62,374 nt of DNA. Source: Actinomycetes bacterium (lineage in GTDB: Bacteria; Actinomycetota; Actinomycetes; S36-B12; UBA5976). Both the position numbers and the translations under genes were made by a program. The notes under the pieces were generated by a model, which had not been told where the DNA came from, searched no databases, and saw only the letters and a program-made list of their open reading frames with translations. Below are positions 31,085 to 39,517 of the stretch, piece by piece (position 1 is the stretch's first letter; the number at the start of each line of letters is the position of its first letter). The stretch is from the NCBI GenBank assembly GCA_014190035.1, contig BJFU01000003.1:1-62374 (forward strand), written 5' to 3'.

Positions 31085-31473
31085 GGTGTGCTCACTGGAG
31101 TAACAACATTTGGATCTGGTTCACTCAAAATCGGATCAACACCTGCACCCAGCAGACGACCATCTCTTAAATCAATAAAGGCAGAGCCTGGACTTGGAAT
31201 CATTCCTATTTCAATAGCTTTATTTTTTAGAACTTCTGGTGATTCCATGCGGGAAACGTTTTGTGCCAAAATCTCATGCTCATCAGCTAAAGCCATTGAT
31301 TGATTCTGTAATTCTTGGATTTGATATTGACCTTGAGATAACAAGGTATTTACAAACAATCCACCCAGCATGCCTAAAAGCACAATTCCAGAAATAATCA
31401 ATCCAAAACCAACAGCAGCAATTTGCTTAGGTGTTACTTGTGGAGTGCTTAGCGAAATCGGTGCAACACTCAT
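31081..31473 (-). CDS. ftsL: FtsL-like bitopic division protein
   Basis: One TM plus coiled coil, A..IGM motif, located between rsmH and ftsI. Confidence 0.7.
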   Translation of the reverse strand: MSVAPISLSTPQVTPKQIAAVGFGLIISGIVLLGMLGGLFVNTLLSQGQYQIQELQNQSMALADEHEILAQNVSRMESPEVLKNKAIEIGMIPSPGSAFIDLRDGRLLGAGVDPILSEPDPNVVTPVSTP

Positions 31474-32429
31474 GCTGCCACCGCCACTCTTTGAGCAACC
31501 CTTAAACGAACTGAAGTTGATCGAGGATTTAAAGCGATTTCTTCATCACTTGCTTGTTCTGCTTTTCTGGTAACTAATTCAAATGGAGCAATACTCTTTG
31601 AGAGTAAAATTGGTAAACCTGGCAATGTATCAATAATTGATGATTGCTCTTTGAATGCATTCTTAACAATTCGATCTTCTAAAGAGTGATAGGACAAAAC
31701 CAAAATTCGTCCACCTACAACAAGGGCAGCCATTGCTTGAGGAATTGCTCTTTCCAAAATTTGTAACTCGTTATTAACGGCAATTCTTAATGCTTGGAAA
31801 GTTCTTTTAGCAGGATTTCCACCAGTTCTACGTGCAGGTGCTGGAATTACATCTTTAATCAAATCAACTAATTCAAAAGTGGAAGACCATAGTTTTTCGG
31901 CTCTTCTTTTTACTAATTCTTGTGCAATGCGCTTAGCAAACTTTTCTTCTCCATAGGTACCCAAAATGTAGGTTAGATCTTTAACGTCATAAGTGTTTAA
32001 AATGTCTGCCGCAGTTAAAGAATCAGTGGCATTCATTCTCATATCAAGTGGTGCATCTTGGGCATAAGAAAATCCACGATTGGCTTCATCTAACTGAATT
32101 GAAGAAACTCCTAAATCAAGTAAAACTCCATTTACTTTTCTTCCAGCAAGAACTGTTTCAATTTGGTCATAAGTTTCATTAATGAATTCAACTCGGCTAG
32201 ATAATTCACCAAGTCTTTGTTTAGCTCTTTCAATAGCAATTGGATCTCTATCAATGCCAATAATTTTTAGATTTGGAAAAGCTTTTAATAATGATTCTGT
32301 GTGTCCAGCTAAACCAAGAGTGCCATCAATTAATAAAGGATTAGAAACATTAAGTGCAGGTGCAAACATTTCAAGAACGCGATCACGCATAACAGGTATG
32401 TGTTGTTCTTGCAACGACTTCTCAGTCAT
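31470..32429 (-). CDS. rsmH: 16S rRNA m4C1402 methyltransferase
   Basis: HIPVM, DGTLGLAGH, DLGVSS.QLD, FQALRIAVN, SYHSLEDR. Confidence 0.97.
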   Translation of the reverse strand: MTEKSLQEQHIPVMRDRVLEMFAPALNVSNPLLIDGTLGLAGHTESLLKAFPNLKIIGIDRDPIAIERAKQRLGELSSRVEFINETYDQIETVLAGRKVNGVLLDLGVSSIQLDEANRGFSYAQDAPLDMRMNATDSLTAADILNTYDVKDLTYILGTYGEEKFAKRIAQELVKRRAEKLWSSTFELVDLIKDVIPAPARRTGGNPAKRTFQALRIAVNNELQILERAIPQAMAALVVGGRILVLSYHSLEDRIVKNAFKEQSSIIDTLPGLPILLSKSIAPFELVTRKAEQASDEEIALNPRSTSVRLRVAQRVAVAA

Positions 32430-32449
32430 TTACTGTTTCCCCTTCCCCT

Positions 32450-32570
32450 AACATTTCGGCTTTGCGTTTCACCGAGGTCCCCCTCTGCAAACATTGCTTC
32501 CGGCTTCGGGGAAGAAAGTCGGCGGACAATAATTTGCAGAGAGAGGCCTCAAGCGAAACGAAAAAATGTT
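32450..32570 (-). ncRNA. mraW RNA motif (cis-regulatory hairpin between mraZ and rsmH)
   Basis: Long interrupted hairpin (CGTTTC/GAAACG, CTCTGCAAA/TTTGCAGAG) whose apical loop reads CUUCCCC on the mRNA strand. Loop and position match the known actinobacterial mraW motif. Confidence 0.85.
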
Positions 32571-32589
32571 TTCGTTTAACTGCTAGCTT

Positions 32590-33021
32590 CTAAAAGATTC
32601 CTGGCACCACCTCTTCAGCAGTTGCAGCAAACTTTGGTTCAGCAACAGCTAAATATGTTGCCCAAGCTTTTGGATCCCAAATTTCAATAGTGGTATCAGC
32701 ACCAACCACGATTACGTCACGATCAAGGCCTGCATATTCTCTTAATGGAGTAGGTAAAGTTATGCGACCTTGTTTATCAATTTGGTCATCAAAGGCAGAA
32801 GAAAAGAAAACTCTTAAATAACTTCTAACGCGTGCATCATTTCTTGAAGCTTCACGTAAACGTTGAGCATAAATTTGAAATTCACTTGCTGGCCACATCA
32901 CAACGGAAAGATCTTGACCTTTAGTTAAGACCACATCGTTAGAAAAACCTTCACGAAATTTTGCAGGAAGCACTAAACGACCTTTGTCGTCTAGACGTGG
33001 GGCATGAGTGCCCAGAAACAT
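32590..33021 (-). CDS. mraZ: Transcriptional regulator MraZ
   Basis: MFLGTHAPRLDDKGRL and DKQGRI duplicated SpoVT/AbrB motifs. Confidence 0.97.
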   Translation of the reverse strand: MFLGTHAPRLDDKGRLVLPAKFREGFSNDVVLTKGQDLSVVMWPASEFQIYAQRLREASRNDARVRSYLRVFFSSAFDDQIDKQGRITLPTPLREYAGLDRDVIVVGADTTIEIWDPKAWATYLAVAEPKFAATAEEVVPGIF

Positions 33022-33101
33022 GAGGCCTCCCCTTTATCTAGATCCCCTAGCCCTCGATCAGCCTCTGGCCGAGTGGCTCAAACCCCTAAAAAAGGCGTTT
33101 C

Positions 33102-33200
33102 GTCCACCTTACTCCCTTTTCCTCCAAAATCAACCCCCAACCCCCATATTTCTCATATTTGCTCCCACCAGCCCCCATAAGAATTTCCCCTCTTGCCCAC
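33102..33200 (-). promoter_or_regulatory. Probable MraZ binding repeats
   Basis: Minus strand TGGAG-N5-GGGAG-N5-TGGAC (33102-33126) and further TGGGG/TGGGA copies at 10-bp spacing upstream of mraZ. Confidence 0.55.
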
Positions 33201-33234
33201 TCAGGGGTGATCTTCTGGCACCTAGGATGAAGCG

Positions 33235-33993
33235 ATGGCTACCGCTAGAAAAAACGCGCAACGTAATGCTGGTTATGCACTTCATGTGTTTACTGCCAGT
33301 GGTGCCGTATTTGGAATGTTGGCTTTACAAGCAATCATTGATGGCAGAGTTCGAGATTCATTAATTTGGTTAATTATTTGTCAAATACTTGATGGCATTG
33401 ATGGACCAATAGCTAGAAAACTAGATGTAGTAATTCATGCTCCATGGTTAAGTGGAGTGGTTTTAGATGAAATCGTTGATTACTTCACTTATGTAATTAT
33501 TCCGGTGATGTTTTTATTAAACATGAACATGATGCCGACTCAATATGAAACTTTTGTAGCTGGCGCAATTCTTCTAACTTGTGCTATCTGGTGGGCAAGA
33601 ACTGATCACAAAACAGATGACTCATGGTTTGTTGGTTTTCCTTGCATGTGGAATTTAGTTGTAATCAGCTTTCTACTCCTAAAAACTCCCCCAACTTGGG
33701 TGGTTGTTATTTCCTTGATTCTTTGTGTATTGCAATTAACTAATATCAAATTTCCTCATCCTGTAAGAGTTACAGTTTTAAGACCTTTCTCCATAACAAT
33801 TTCAGTTGTTTACTTACTAGCAATTACTGTTATGTCTCTCAATTACACCGAACCCTTACAATCACCTTCACTTTTAACTAAAGTGTTATTGCTGAGTTTG
33901 CCTGTATATGCAACAGTTTTGGCGATTTGGAAGACCTGGTTTGTGGTTGAAAAAGCACCTAGAATAAAGAAGAAAGTTAAGGCTCGAAAATAA
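33235..33993 (+). CDS. pcs: Phosphatidylcholine synthase (Pcs-type CDP-alcohol phosphatidyltransferase)
   Basis: HVFTASG N-terminal motif, DGIDGPIAR-x12-G..LD..VDYFTYV, KTDD.WFVGFP..WN, F.HPVRV. Confidence 0.75.
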   Translation: MATARKNAQRNAGYALHVFTASGAVFGMLALQAIIDGRVRDSLIWLIICQILDGIDGPIARKLDVVIHAPWLSGVVLDEIVDYFTYVIIPVMFLLNMNMMPTQYETFVAGAILLTCAIWWARTDHKTDDSWFVGFPCMWNLVVISFLLLKTPPTWVVVISLILCVLQLTNIKFPHPVRVTVLRPFSITISVVYLLAITVMSLNYTEPLQSPSLLTKVLLLSLPVYATVLAIWKTWFVVEKAPRIKKKVKARK

Positions 33994-33997
33994 TATT

Positions 33998-34201
33998 TTG
34001 AAACGATTATCAAGAAATCTTGCTTATTTATTTATTTCTTTAGCAATTATATTTATGTTGGCTTTTAATTTAATTGGTTCAGAAGTTGCTACAGATGGAG
34101 TTTTGCAGGAACCTTTTTTCTTGATTCCATTTAGTTATGTAAGTTTTGTTTTAGGTATTATTTTTGCAGTTATTTCAGTGGTAAAGAAAAAGAAAAACTA
34201 G
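33998..34201 (+). CDS. Small two-TM membrane protein, DUF3955-like
   Basis: Two hydrophobic helices flanking DGVLQEPFFLIP. Confidence 0.65.
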   Translation: MKRLSRNLAYLFISLAIIFMLAFNLIGSEVATDGVLQEPFFLIPFSYVSFVLGIIFAVISVVKKKKN

Positions 34202-34581
34202 ACTCCACCATCGCGGCGTTGTTGCCAGCGTTCTTCAAGTCTTGACATCAATTTAGAATTCTTTGATCTATTTCTTACCTTTGTTGGCGTTGGAGTTGCT
34301 GCTGCGACTGGTTCTTGAAGCCCGCGAGCAATAAACACAAAACCTGTTAGCACCAATAAGAATCCTGGAATTCCTACAATTACCATTTTGGAAACCACTG
34401 AACCAAACACAAGTGCTAAACCTGAAACAAGACATAGCAGACCAAAAATTACGTGACGGCGTTCTCCTGGAGCAATGGTTAAACCGGAGCGACGAAGACT
34501 TGAAGCAAATTTTGGATCTTCGGCATAAAGGGCCTTTTCCATTTGCTCAAGTAGCTTTTGTTCGCGATCTGAAAGTGCCAC
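34198..34581 (-). CDS. DUF3040 membrane protein
   Basis: LSDREQKLLEQMEKALYAEDPKFA, two TMs, RLEERWQQRR; usual dinB/mraZ neighbour. Confidence 0.88.
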   Translation of the reverse strand: MALSDREQKLLEQMEKALYAEDPKFASSLRRSGLTIAPGERRHVIFGLLCLVSGLALVFGSVVSKMVIVGIPGFLLVLTGFVFIARGLQEPVAAATPTPTKVRNRSKNSKLMSRLEERWQQRRDGGV

Positions 34582-34670
34582 TGTTCTTAGTTCCCCGCTC
34601 GTATATAAGGAGTATTGCCTAATTTAAGAATACGACTTTTACTCTTGCTCGTCACATTGGAGTGCAGGTC

Positions 34671-35885
34671 TTAATCGATGAGTCGTGCCGGCTTGACGGC
34701 CTCTTCCCCGAATCGGGCACTGGCCTTGTCGCTGGCCTTATCAATCTCGCGCCAACCCTTCTCGTTTTCCCCTAAAAGCAGCTGCCGGGAGGCAGTTTCG
34801 GCCTCTTCCAACTTCTCAACCCTTACGCCCACCAATCTGACTCTGACTCGGTCAAGTTTTAGGTTTTCAAAGAGTGCTTTGGTGATGGCATAAATGTCCT
34901 TGGTCCCATCAATTGGATCGGTGATGGTTTTGGATCTAGTGATGGTGGAAAAGTTGGAGAATCTAACCTTTAAGACAATGGTTCGACCCATAAGTTCAGC
35001 TGCTCTTAATCGCGTTGCTACTTTTTCGCTAAGTCTTAGTATTTCTCTTAAAATATCTTCTGCTTCATCTAAATCTTTTGAGAATGTTTCTTCGTTTCCA
35101 ATACTTTTTTCTGGTTCATAGGGTTCCACACTTCTTTCATCTCGTCCCCAGGACAATTCATGCAAATGCTCAGCTAAACCATCACCTAATGCTCTTCTTA
35201 AAGTATTAAGGGGCAAATTGGCAATATCTGAAACTTTAAATAAACCTAAGCGAGCTAATACTTCTTCAGTTTTTCCGCCCACTCCCCAAAGTGCTCCTAC
35301 TGGGAGAGGATGTAAGAACGCAATTACTTCTTCCGGTGAAACCACTAGCAGCCCATCGGGTTTAGCCCTTGTGGAAGCTAATTTGGCAATAAATTTTGTG
35401 GGGGCTACTCCAACTGAGCAAGTTATGTTTTCTTGGGCAAATACTTTTTCTCGTAATTTGTGACCAATCTCAGTGGGTGTTCCTAATAACTTTCTAGAAC
35501 CTGAAACATCTAGGAATGCTTCATCAACACTTAGTGGTTCAACCAAAGGAGTCATTGAATAATAAATATCTTGTAAACGATTTGATACAGCTTCATATTT
35601 TTCATGACTTGGTTCAATTACTGTTGCTCCAGGACATTTTCTTAAAGCTTCACTCATTGACATGGCAGCATGAATGCCAAATTTGCGTGCTTCATAAGTT
35701 GCAGAAGTTACAACTCCTCGACCTCCACTGTGACCCACAATTACAGGTGTTCCTCTTAATTCAGGTCGATCTTTTAATTCCACTGAAGCAAAGAAGGCAT
35801 CCATATCAACATGCAAAATATTGGAATTTGAATCATCCCCAGTAAGTTCTATATGAGGAAGTTTTAAGATTTGGCGATGAGTCAT
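34671..35885 (-). CDS. dinB: DNA polymerase IV (Y family)
   Basis: ILHVDMDAFFASVE, TYEARKFG, SVDEAFLD, C-terminal QLLL clamp-like motif. Confidence 0.96.
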   Translation of the reverse strand: MTHRQILKLPHIELTGDDSNSNILHVDMDAFFASVELKDRPELRGTPVIVGHSGGRGVVTSATYEARKFGIHAAMSMSEALRKCPGATVIEPSHEKYEAVSNRLQDIYYSMTPLVEPLSVDEAFLDVSGSRKLLGTPTEIGHKLREKVFAQENITCSVGVAPTKFIAKLASTRAKPDGLLVVSPEEVIAFLHPLPVGALWGVGGKTEEVLARLGLFKVSDIANLPLNTLRRALGDGLAEHLHELSWGRDERSVEPYEPEKSIGNEETFSKDLDEAEDILREILRLSEKVATRLRAAELMGRTIVLKVRFSNFSTITRSKTITDPIDGTKDIYAITKALFENLKLDRVRVRLVGVRVEKLEEAETASRQLLLGENEKGWREIDKASDKASARFGEEAVKPARLID

Positions 35886-38800
35886 AGTTCAATCATCTCG
35901 CTTTTGTTAGTTAACAAAGTTCTTCTTCCCACAGACATGCCGCCTGCTTTCACCCGGTAAGGGTTTGGTTTTGCTCCAGGGCTTAACTCAATTACTTTTT
36001 TAACTTCGTTGATTCCTTTTTGTTGATAAATGCTAAACATTTCACCTAGATCCCAGCAACCAGTCGCTCTTACCGAAACTCCCCTAGGTCCAGTTCTTCT
36101 TAAAACCCCTCTTACTAAAAGCAAAACTGAGCTATAAACAGTTGAGGCGTAATAACTCTGCACATCTTCAAAGAAAGCTGCATCACTTGGACCTGTGGGG
36201 TCATCAATAGTTAGAAAAATAACTCTTTTGCCACTTCTAACTGGTGGAGTTTGAGTAGTAACTTTTACTCCTGCTACTAATACTTCTTTGCCCCCAGTTA
36301 AGGAAACTAACGATTTGGCAGGAGTTACTCCTAACTCTTTAAAGAACGGAATATAGGAATTAACTAAATGACTACTGGCATCAAGTCCTAATACTTGTAA
36401 CTCATTAATAATGTTTTCACTCTTTGTAAAATCAGATAAACCTGAAGAAACATTCTCTGGAGTAGTGGAAACATCTAAAATTAGTTGATTACTGATTACT
36501 CCTAAGTTATGTTCTAAATCAGATAGCTGCAATAACAAATCTCTTCGGTTTAATTGACTGGGCAGTATTGAATCAAATCCACCAGCTAAAATAATATTTT
36601 CGGTGACATCTTTAGAAACTTGTGCTCTTTGCCAAAAATCAGCTAGTGAAGCAAAGGGTCTGTTTTCAACGATTCTTGTTATTTCAGCACCACTAATTGA
36701 TCTGACATCTAATAAAGACAATCTGATGCCATATCTTTCTCCATTTTTTTCTACTCGGTAGCATTGATCTGATTTATTAACATCAAGACCAAGTAAAGCT
36801 ATGCCAAAGTTTTTAGCATCATTAGCGATTAATCTTTTGGGATACATTCCCGGATCATGGGTTAACACTCCCGCTAAGAATGCTGCGGTGTGATGAGTTT
36901 TTAACCAAGCTGATTGATAAGTAGGAAGTGCAAAAGCACCAGCATGAGCTTTACAGAAACCAAAGGATGCAAAAGCTTTAAGGATTTCCCAAATATGGTT
37001 AATTAACTCATGAGAATATTTCAATTTTCGGGCAGAGGAAATAAACCACTCTTCAACTTCTAATTGGCCTTCAAAAGAGCCCATAGCGCGACGTTTTTCG
37101 TCCCCCAGGGCTAAAGAGCAACCAGTCATGACACTAATTAGTTTTATTACCTGTTCATGAAAAACCACTACCCCGCTAGTTTCTTGAACAATGGGATCAA
37201 TCTTTTCATGTAACACAGGGTGATTTTTTCTGCCTTGTCTTACTTCTAGAAAAGGTGTGATCATGTCAGATTTAACTGGACCTGGTCTAAATAGAGAAAT
37301 ATCAATTATTAGATCATTAAAGTTTTGTGGCCCAAATTTGCCAATTAGTTCTCTTTGCCCTGGGGACTCTATTTGAAAGCAACCCAGTGTTTTAGTTGAT
37401 TGAATTAACTTAAAAGTCTTCTCATCTTCCAAAGAGATCTCATCAAGATTGATATCTACTTTGTCTACTCGCTTTATCTCTTGCAAGCTATAAGCCATGG
37501 CAGATTGCATTCTGATTCCTAAAACATCAAGTTTAAGAAAACCCATTAATTCCACATCATCTTTATCAAATTGACTCATAGGAAACTTGGCCCCACTTTG
37601 TTCAACTGGAGTTCTATCTAACAGAGTTTTATCCGACAAAATAACTCCACAAGGATGCATTGCTAAATGCCTCGGTAGGCCATCTAGTTTTTCAACTAAA
37701 TCAAGATATAAATCAAGATTTCCTTCACTCATTAAACGAGTAAAAGATGACTTTCTTAACTCTGGCAATTGACTTAAAACTTCTCTAGCTCTTCTGGCAC
37801 TTACTCGTGGAAAAGTTTTAGCAAAAGCATCAATTTCTCCAGGAGGCAAACCAAGAGCTGCACCAACATCTCTAACGGCATGTCTTACTCGATAGGTTTC
37901 CCGCATTGAAATACAAACAACTCGATCTTTACCAAATCTTTCATAAATTGCATCATAAATATCAAGTCTTCGATCTGATTCCACATCAATATCAATATCA
38001 GGCAGAGCACTTCTTAAAGGAGATAAAAACCTTTCCATTAATAATCCATATTTAACAGGATCTAGACCTGATATTCCTAAGGTGAAATTAACTAAACTTC
38101 CCGCACCCGATCCTCTAGCTGCTACTCGAATCCCCATTTGTTTAGTTAAATCAACAACTTCACCCACAGTTAAGAAATATCCTGCAAAACCTAATTGATT
38201 AATAACCCCTAATTCTTGGCTTAATCTTTCTTGGTATTCAAGTTTGTGCCCAAAACCTAATTTAGTTAAACCAGATTGACATTTATCTACTAATACTTTC
38301 ATTGGTTCTAAACTACTTTTACCTAAAACCACATCATTTTCAGGAACACTGATAGATCCAATGCCGATATCTTTAACAGGATCTAAGCTGCATTCTTCTG
38401 CTATTTGTTGAGTAAATTTTAATAACAACATTGCAGTTTCAGGACTACTTAAATGTTTGCCAATGTTGTAGGCGACTTGTGACATATCAGCACTTGATTT
38501 TAAATATGCAGAACCTCTAAAGCCTGTTACTTGTTCGAACCTCATTTGTTTCTTAGTTTCAACTGAATCAAGTAATTCAGCCACAATGGCATCTTCTGCA
38601 TCAAGATATCTCACAGCATTTGTTAGCACTGCTCTTAAACGATTATCTTTGGCAAAAGCGGCCATTTTACTAGCTGTGCTTAATGAATATTTGGGGTCAG
38701 TAACTCTATGAGAATTAGGGTGAGCTGTTACTTCAATTACTACATCATATCTATCAACATGGCTTAGCCAGTTCTGTAAGAAACTATTTGCTAAATCAAC

Positions 38801-39214
38801 TCTGTTTCTTAATACACTTTGACCAATTTCAGAGTTAATTCCTAGTATTGCTACTAAATTTCCTTGCTGCATTTTTTCCCACAACAAAGACACATCTAAA
38901 ACGGGTTTGCCTCTTTCTTTTTGGTGAGCACTACTAACTAAGCGACATAAATCTCTCCAACCATTTTTGCCGCGAGCAAGCACTAAGGCTCTTGATTTAC
39001 CTAAATTAAAATCAACTCCAACTATGGGAGTGATTCCTTGAATCATGCAGTTATGGACAAAGTTAATTGCCCCAGACATGGTGTCTTGATCAGTTAATGC
39101 AACTTTAGAAAAGTTATGAAATGAAGCTTTAGCAACTATTTTTTCAGGCAAAGCTGTGCCATAGCGAAGTGAATAGGCAGAAGAAACATTTAAGTGCGTA
39201 AAACTTTGTTGCAA
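35882..39214 (-). CDS. dnaE2: Second, SOS-associated DNA polymerase III alpha (DnaE2-like)
   Basis: PHP start HLNVSSAYSLRYG, RGSGAGS, PDIDIDVE, KLDVLG, FGFCKAH, QTPPVRSGKRVIF; ATGA-coupled to dinB; TTG start with AGAGGA RBS. Confidence 0.88.
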   Translation of the reverse strand: MQQSFTHLNVSSAYSLRYGTALPEKIVAKASFHNFSKVALTDQDTMSGAINFVHNCMIQGITPIVGVDFNLGKSRALVLARGKNGWRDLCRLVSSAHQKERGKPVLDVSLLWEKMQQGNLVAILGINSEIGQSVLRNRVDLANSFLQNWLSHVDRYDVVIEVTAHPNSHRVTDPKYSLSTASKMAAFAKDNRLRAVLTNAVRYLDAEDAIVAELLDSVETKKQMRFEQVTGFRGSAYLKSSADMSQVAYNIGKHLSSPETAMLLLKFTQQIAEECSLDPVKDIGIGSISVPENDVVLGKSSLEPMKVLVDKCQSGLTKLGFGHKLEYQERLSQELGVINQLGFAGYFLTVGEVVDLTKQMGIRVAARGSGAGSLVNFTLGISGLDPVKYGLLMERFLSPLRSALPDIDIDVESDRRLDIYDAIYERFGKDRVVCISMRETYRVRHAVRDVGAALGLPPGEIDAFAKTFPRVSARRAREVLSQLPELRKSSFTRLMSEGNLDLYLDLVEKLDGLPRHLAMHPCGVILSDKTLLDRTPVEQSGAKFPMSQFDKDDVELMGFLKLDVLGIRMQSAMAYSLQEIKRVDKVDINLDEISLEDEKTFKLIQSTKTLGCFQIESPGQRELIGKFGPQNFNDLIIDISLFRPGPVKSDMITPFLEVRQGRKNHPVLHEKIDPIVQETSGVVVFHEQVIKLISVMTGCSLALGDEKRRAMGSFEGQLEVEEWFISSARKLKYSHELINHIWEILKAFASFGFCKAHAGAFALPTYQSAWLKTHHTAAFLAGVLTHDPGMYPKRLIANDAKNFGIALLGLDVNKSDQCYRVEKNGERYGIRLSLLDVRSISGAEITRIVENRPFASLADFWQRAQVSKDVTENIILAGGFDSILPSQLNRRDLLLQLSDLEHNLGVISNQLILDVSTTPENVSSGLSDFTKSENIINELQVLGLDASSHLVNSYIPFFKELGVTPAKSLVSLTGGKEVLVAGVKVTTQTPPVRSGKRVIFLTIDDPTGPSDAAFFEDVQSYYASTVYSSVLLLVRGVLRRTGPRGVSVRATGCWDLGEMFSIYQQKGINEVKKVIELSPGAKPNPYRVKAGGMSVGRRTLLTNKSEMIEL

Positions 39215-39235
39215 AATAGACTTATCCTCTTTTTA

Positions 39236-39433
39236 AATTAAGTCGGAGGAAGACGACTTCTAATTAGGACGTTTGACTCTCCCGAGAAAAAAGCTTCCCC
39301 GCATGTTTTCTGCGAAAGAGTCAAACGATGGGTTTTTTACTTTGATGCCAAATGGCGATTAAAGGGGTGTAAATCGCCATTTGAATCAAAAGTGAAGAAG
39401 GGTCATTCAGGGGAAAATGCCCTTTTCTTCACT
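39236..39433 (-). ncRNA. Candidate structured leader RNA (four consecutive hairpins) upstream of dnaE2
   Basis: Inverted repeats at 39391-39433, 39349-39383 (12-bp perfect stem), 39270-39327 (11-bp perfect stem) and 39240-39259. Confidence 0.55.
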
Positions 39434-39435
39434 AT

Positions 39436-39451
39436 CCGAACACCTGTTCGA
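39436..39451. promoter_or_regulatory. LexA SOS box upstream of dnaE2-dinB
   Basis: CCGAAC-ACCT-GTTCGA matches the actinobacterial TCGAAC-N4-GTTCGA consensus. Confidence 0.88.
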
Positions 39452-39517
39452 ATAACCCAAGTTAATCACCTTCCACTGACAAAGGTCAACCATGGGGTGA
39501 GTGCGTAGCCTTGAGGG

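Noticed and set aside
33008-33364. 118-aa Pro-rich ORF across the mraZ promoter
   Set aside because: It arises from the C-rich MraZ-repeat region and overlaps both mraZ and pcs.
39236-39433. Calling the dnaE2 leader a canonical 6C RNA or a set of terminators
   Set aside because: The loops have four, not six, C residues and there are four stems. Orientation and the lack of U-tracts do not fit simple terminators, so it is kept as an unassigned candidate.
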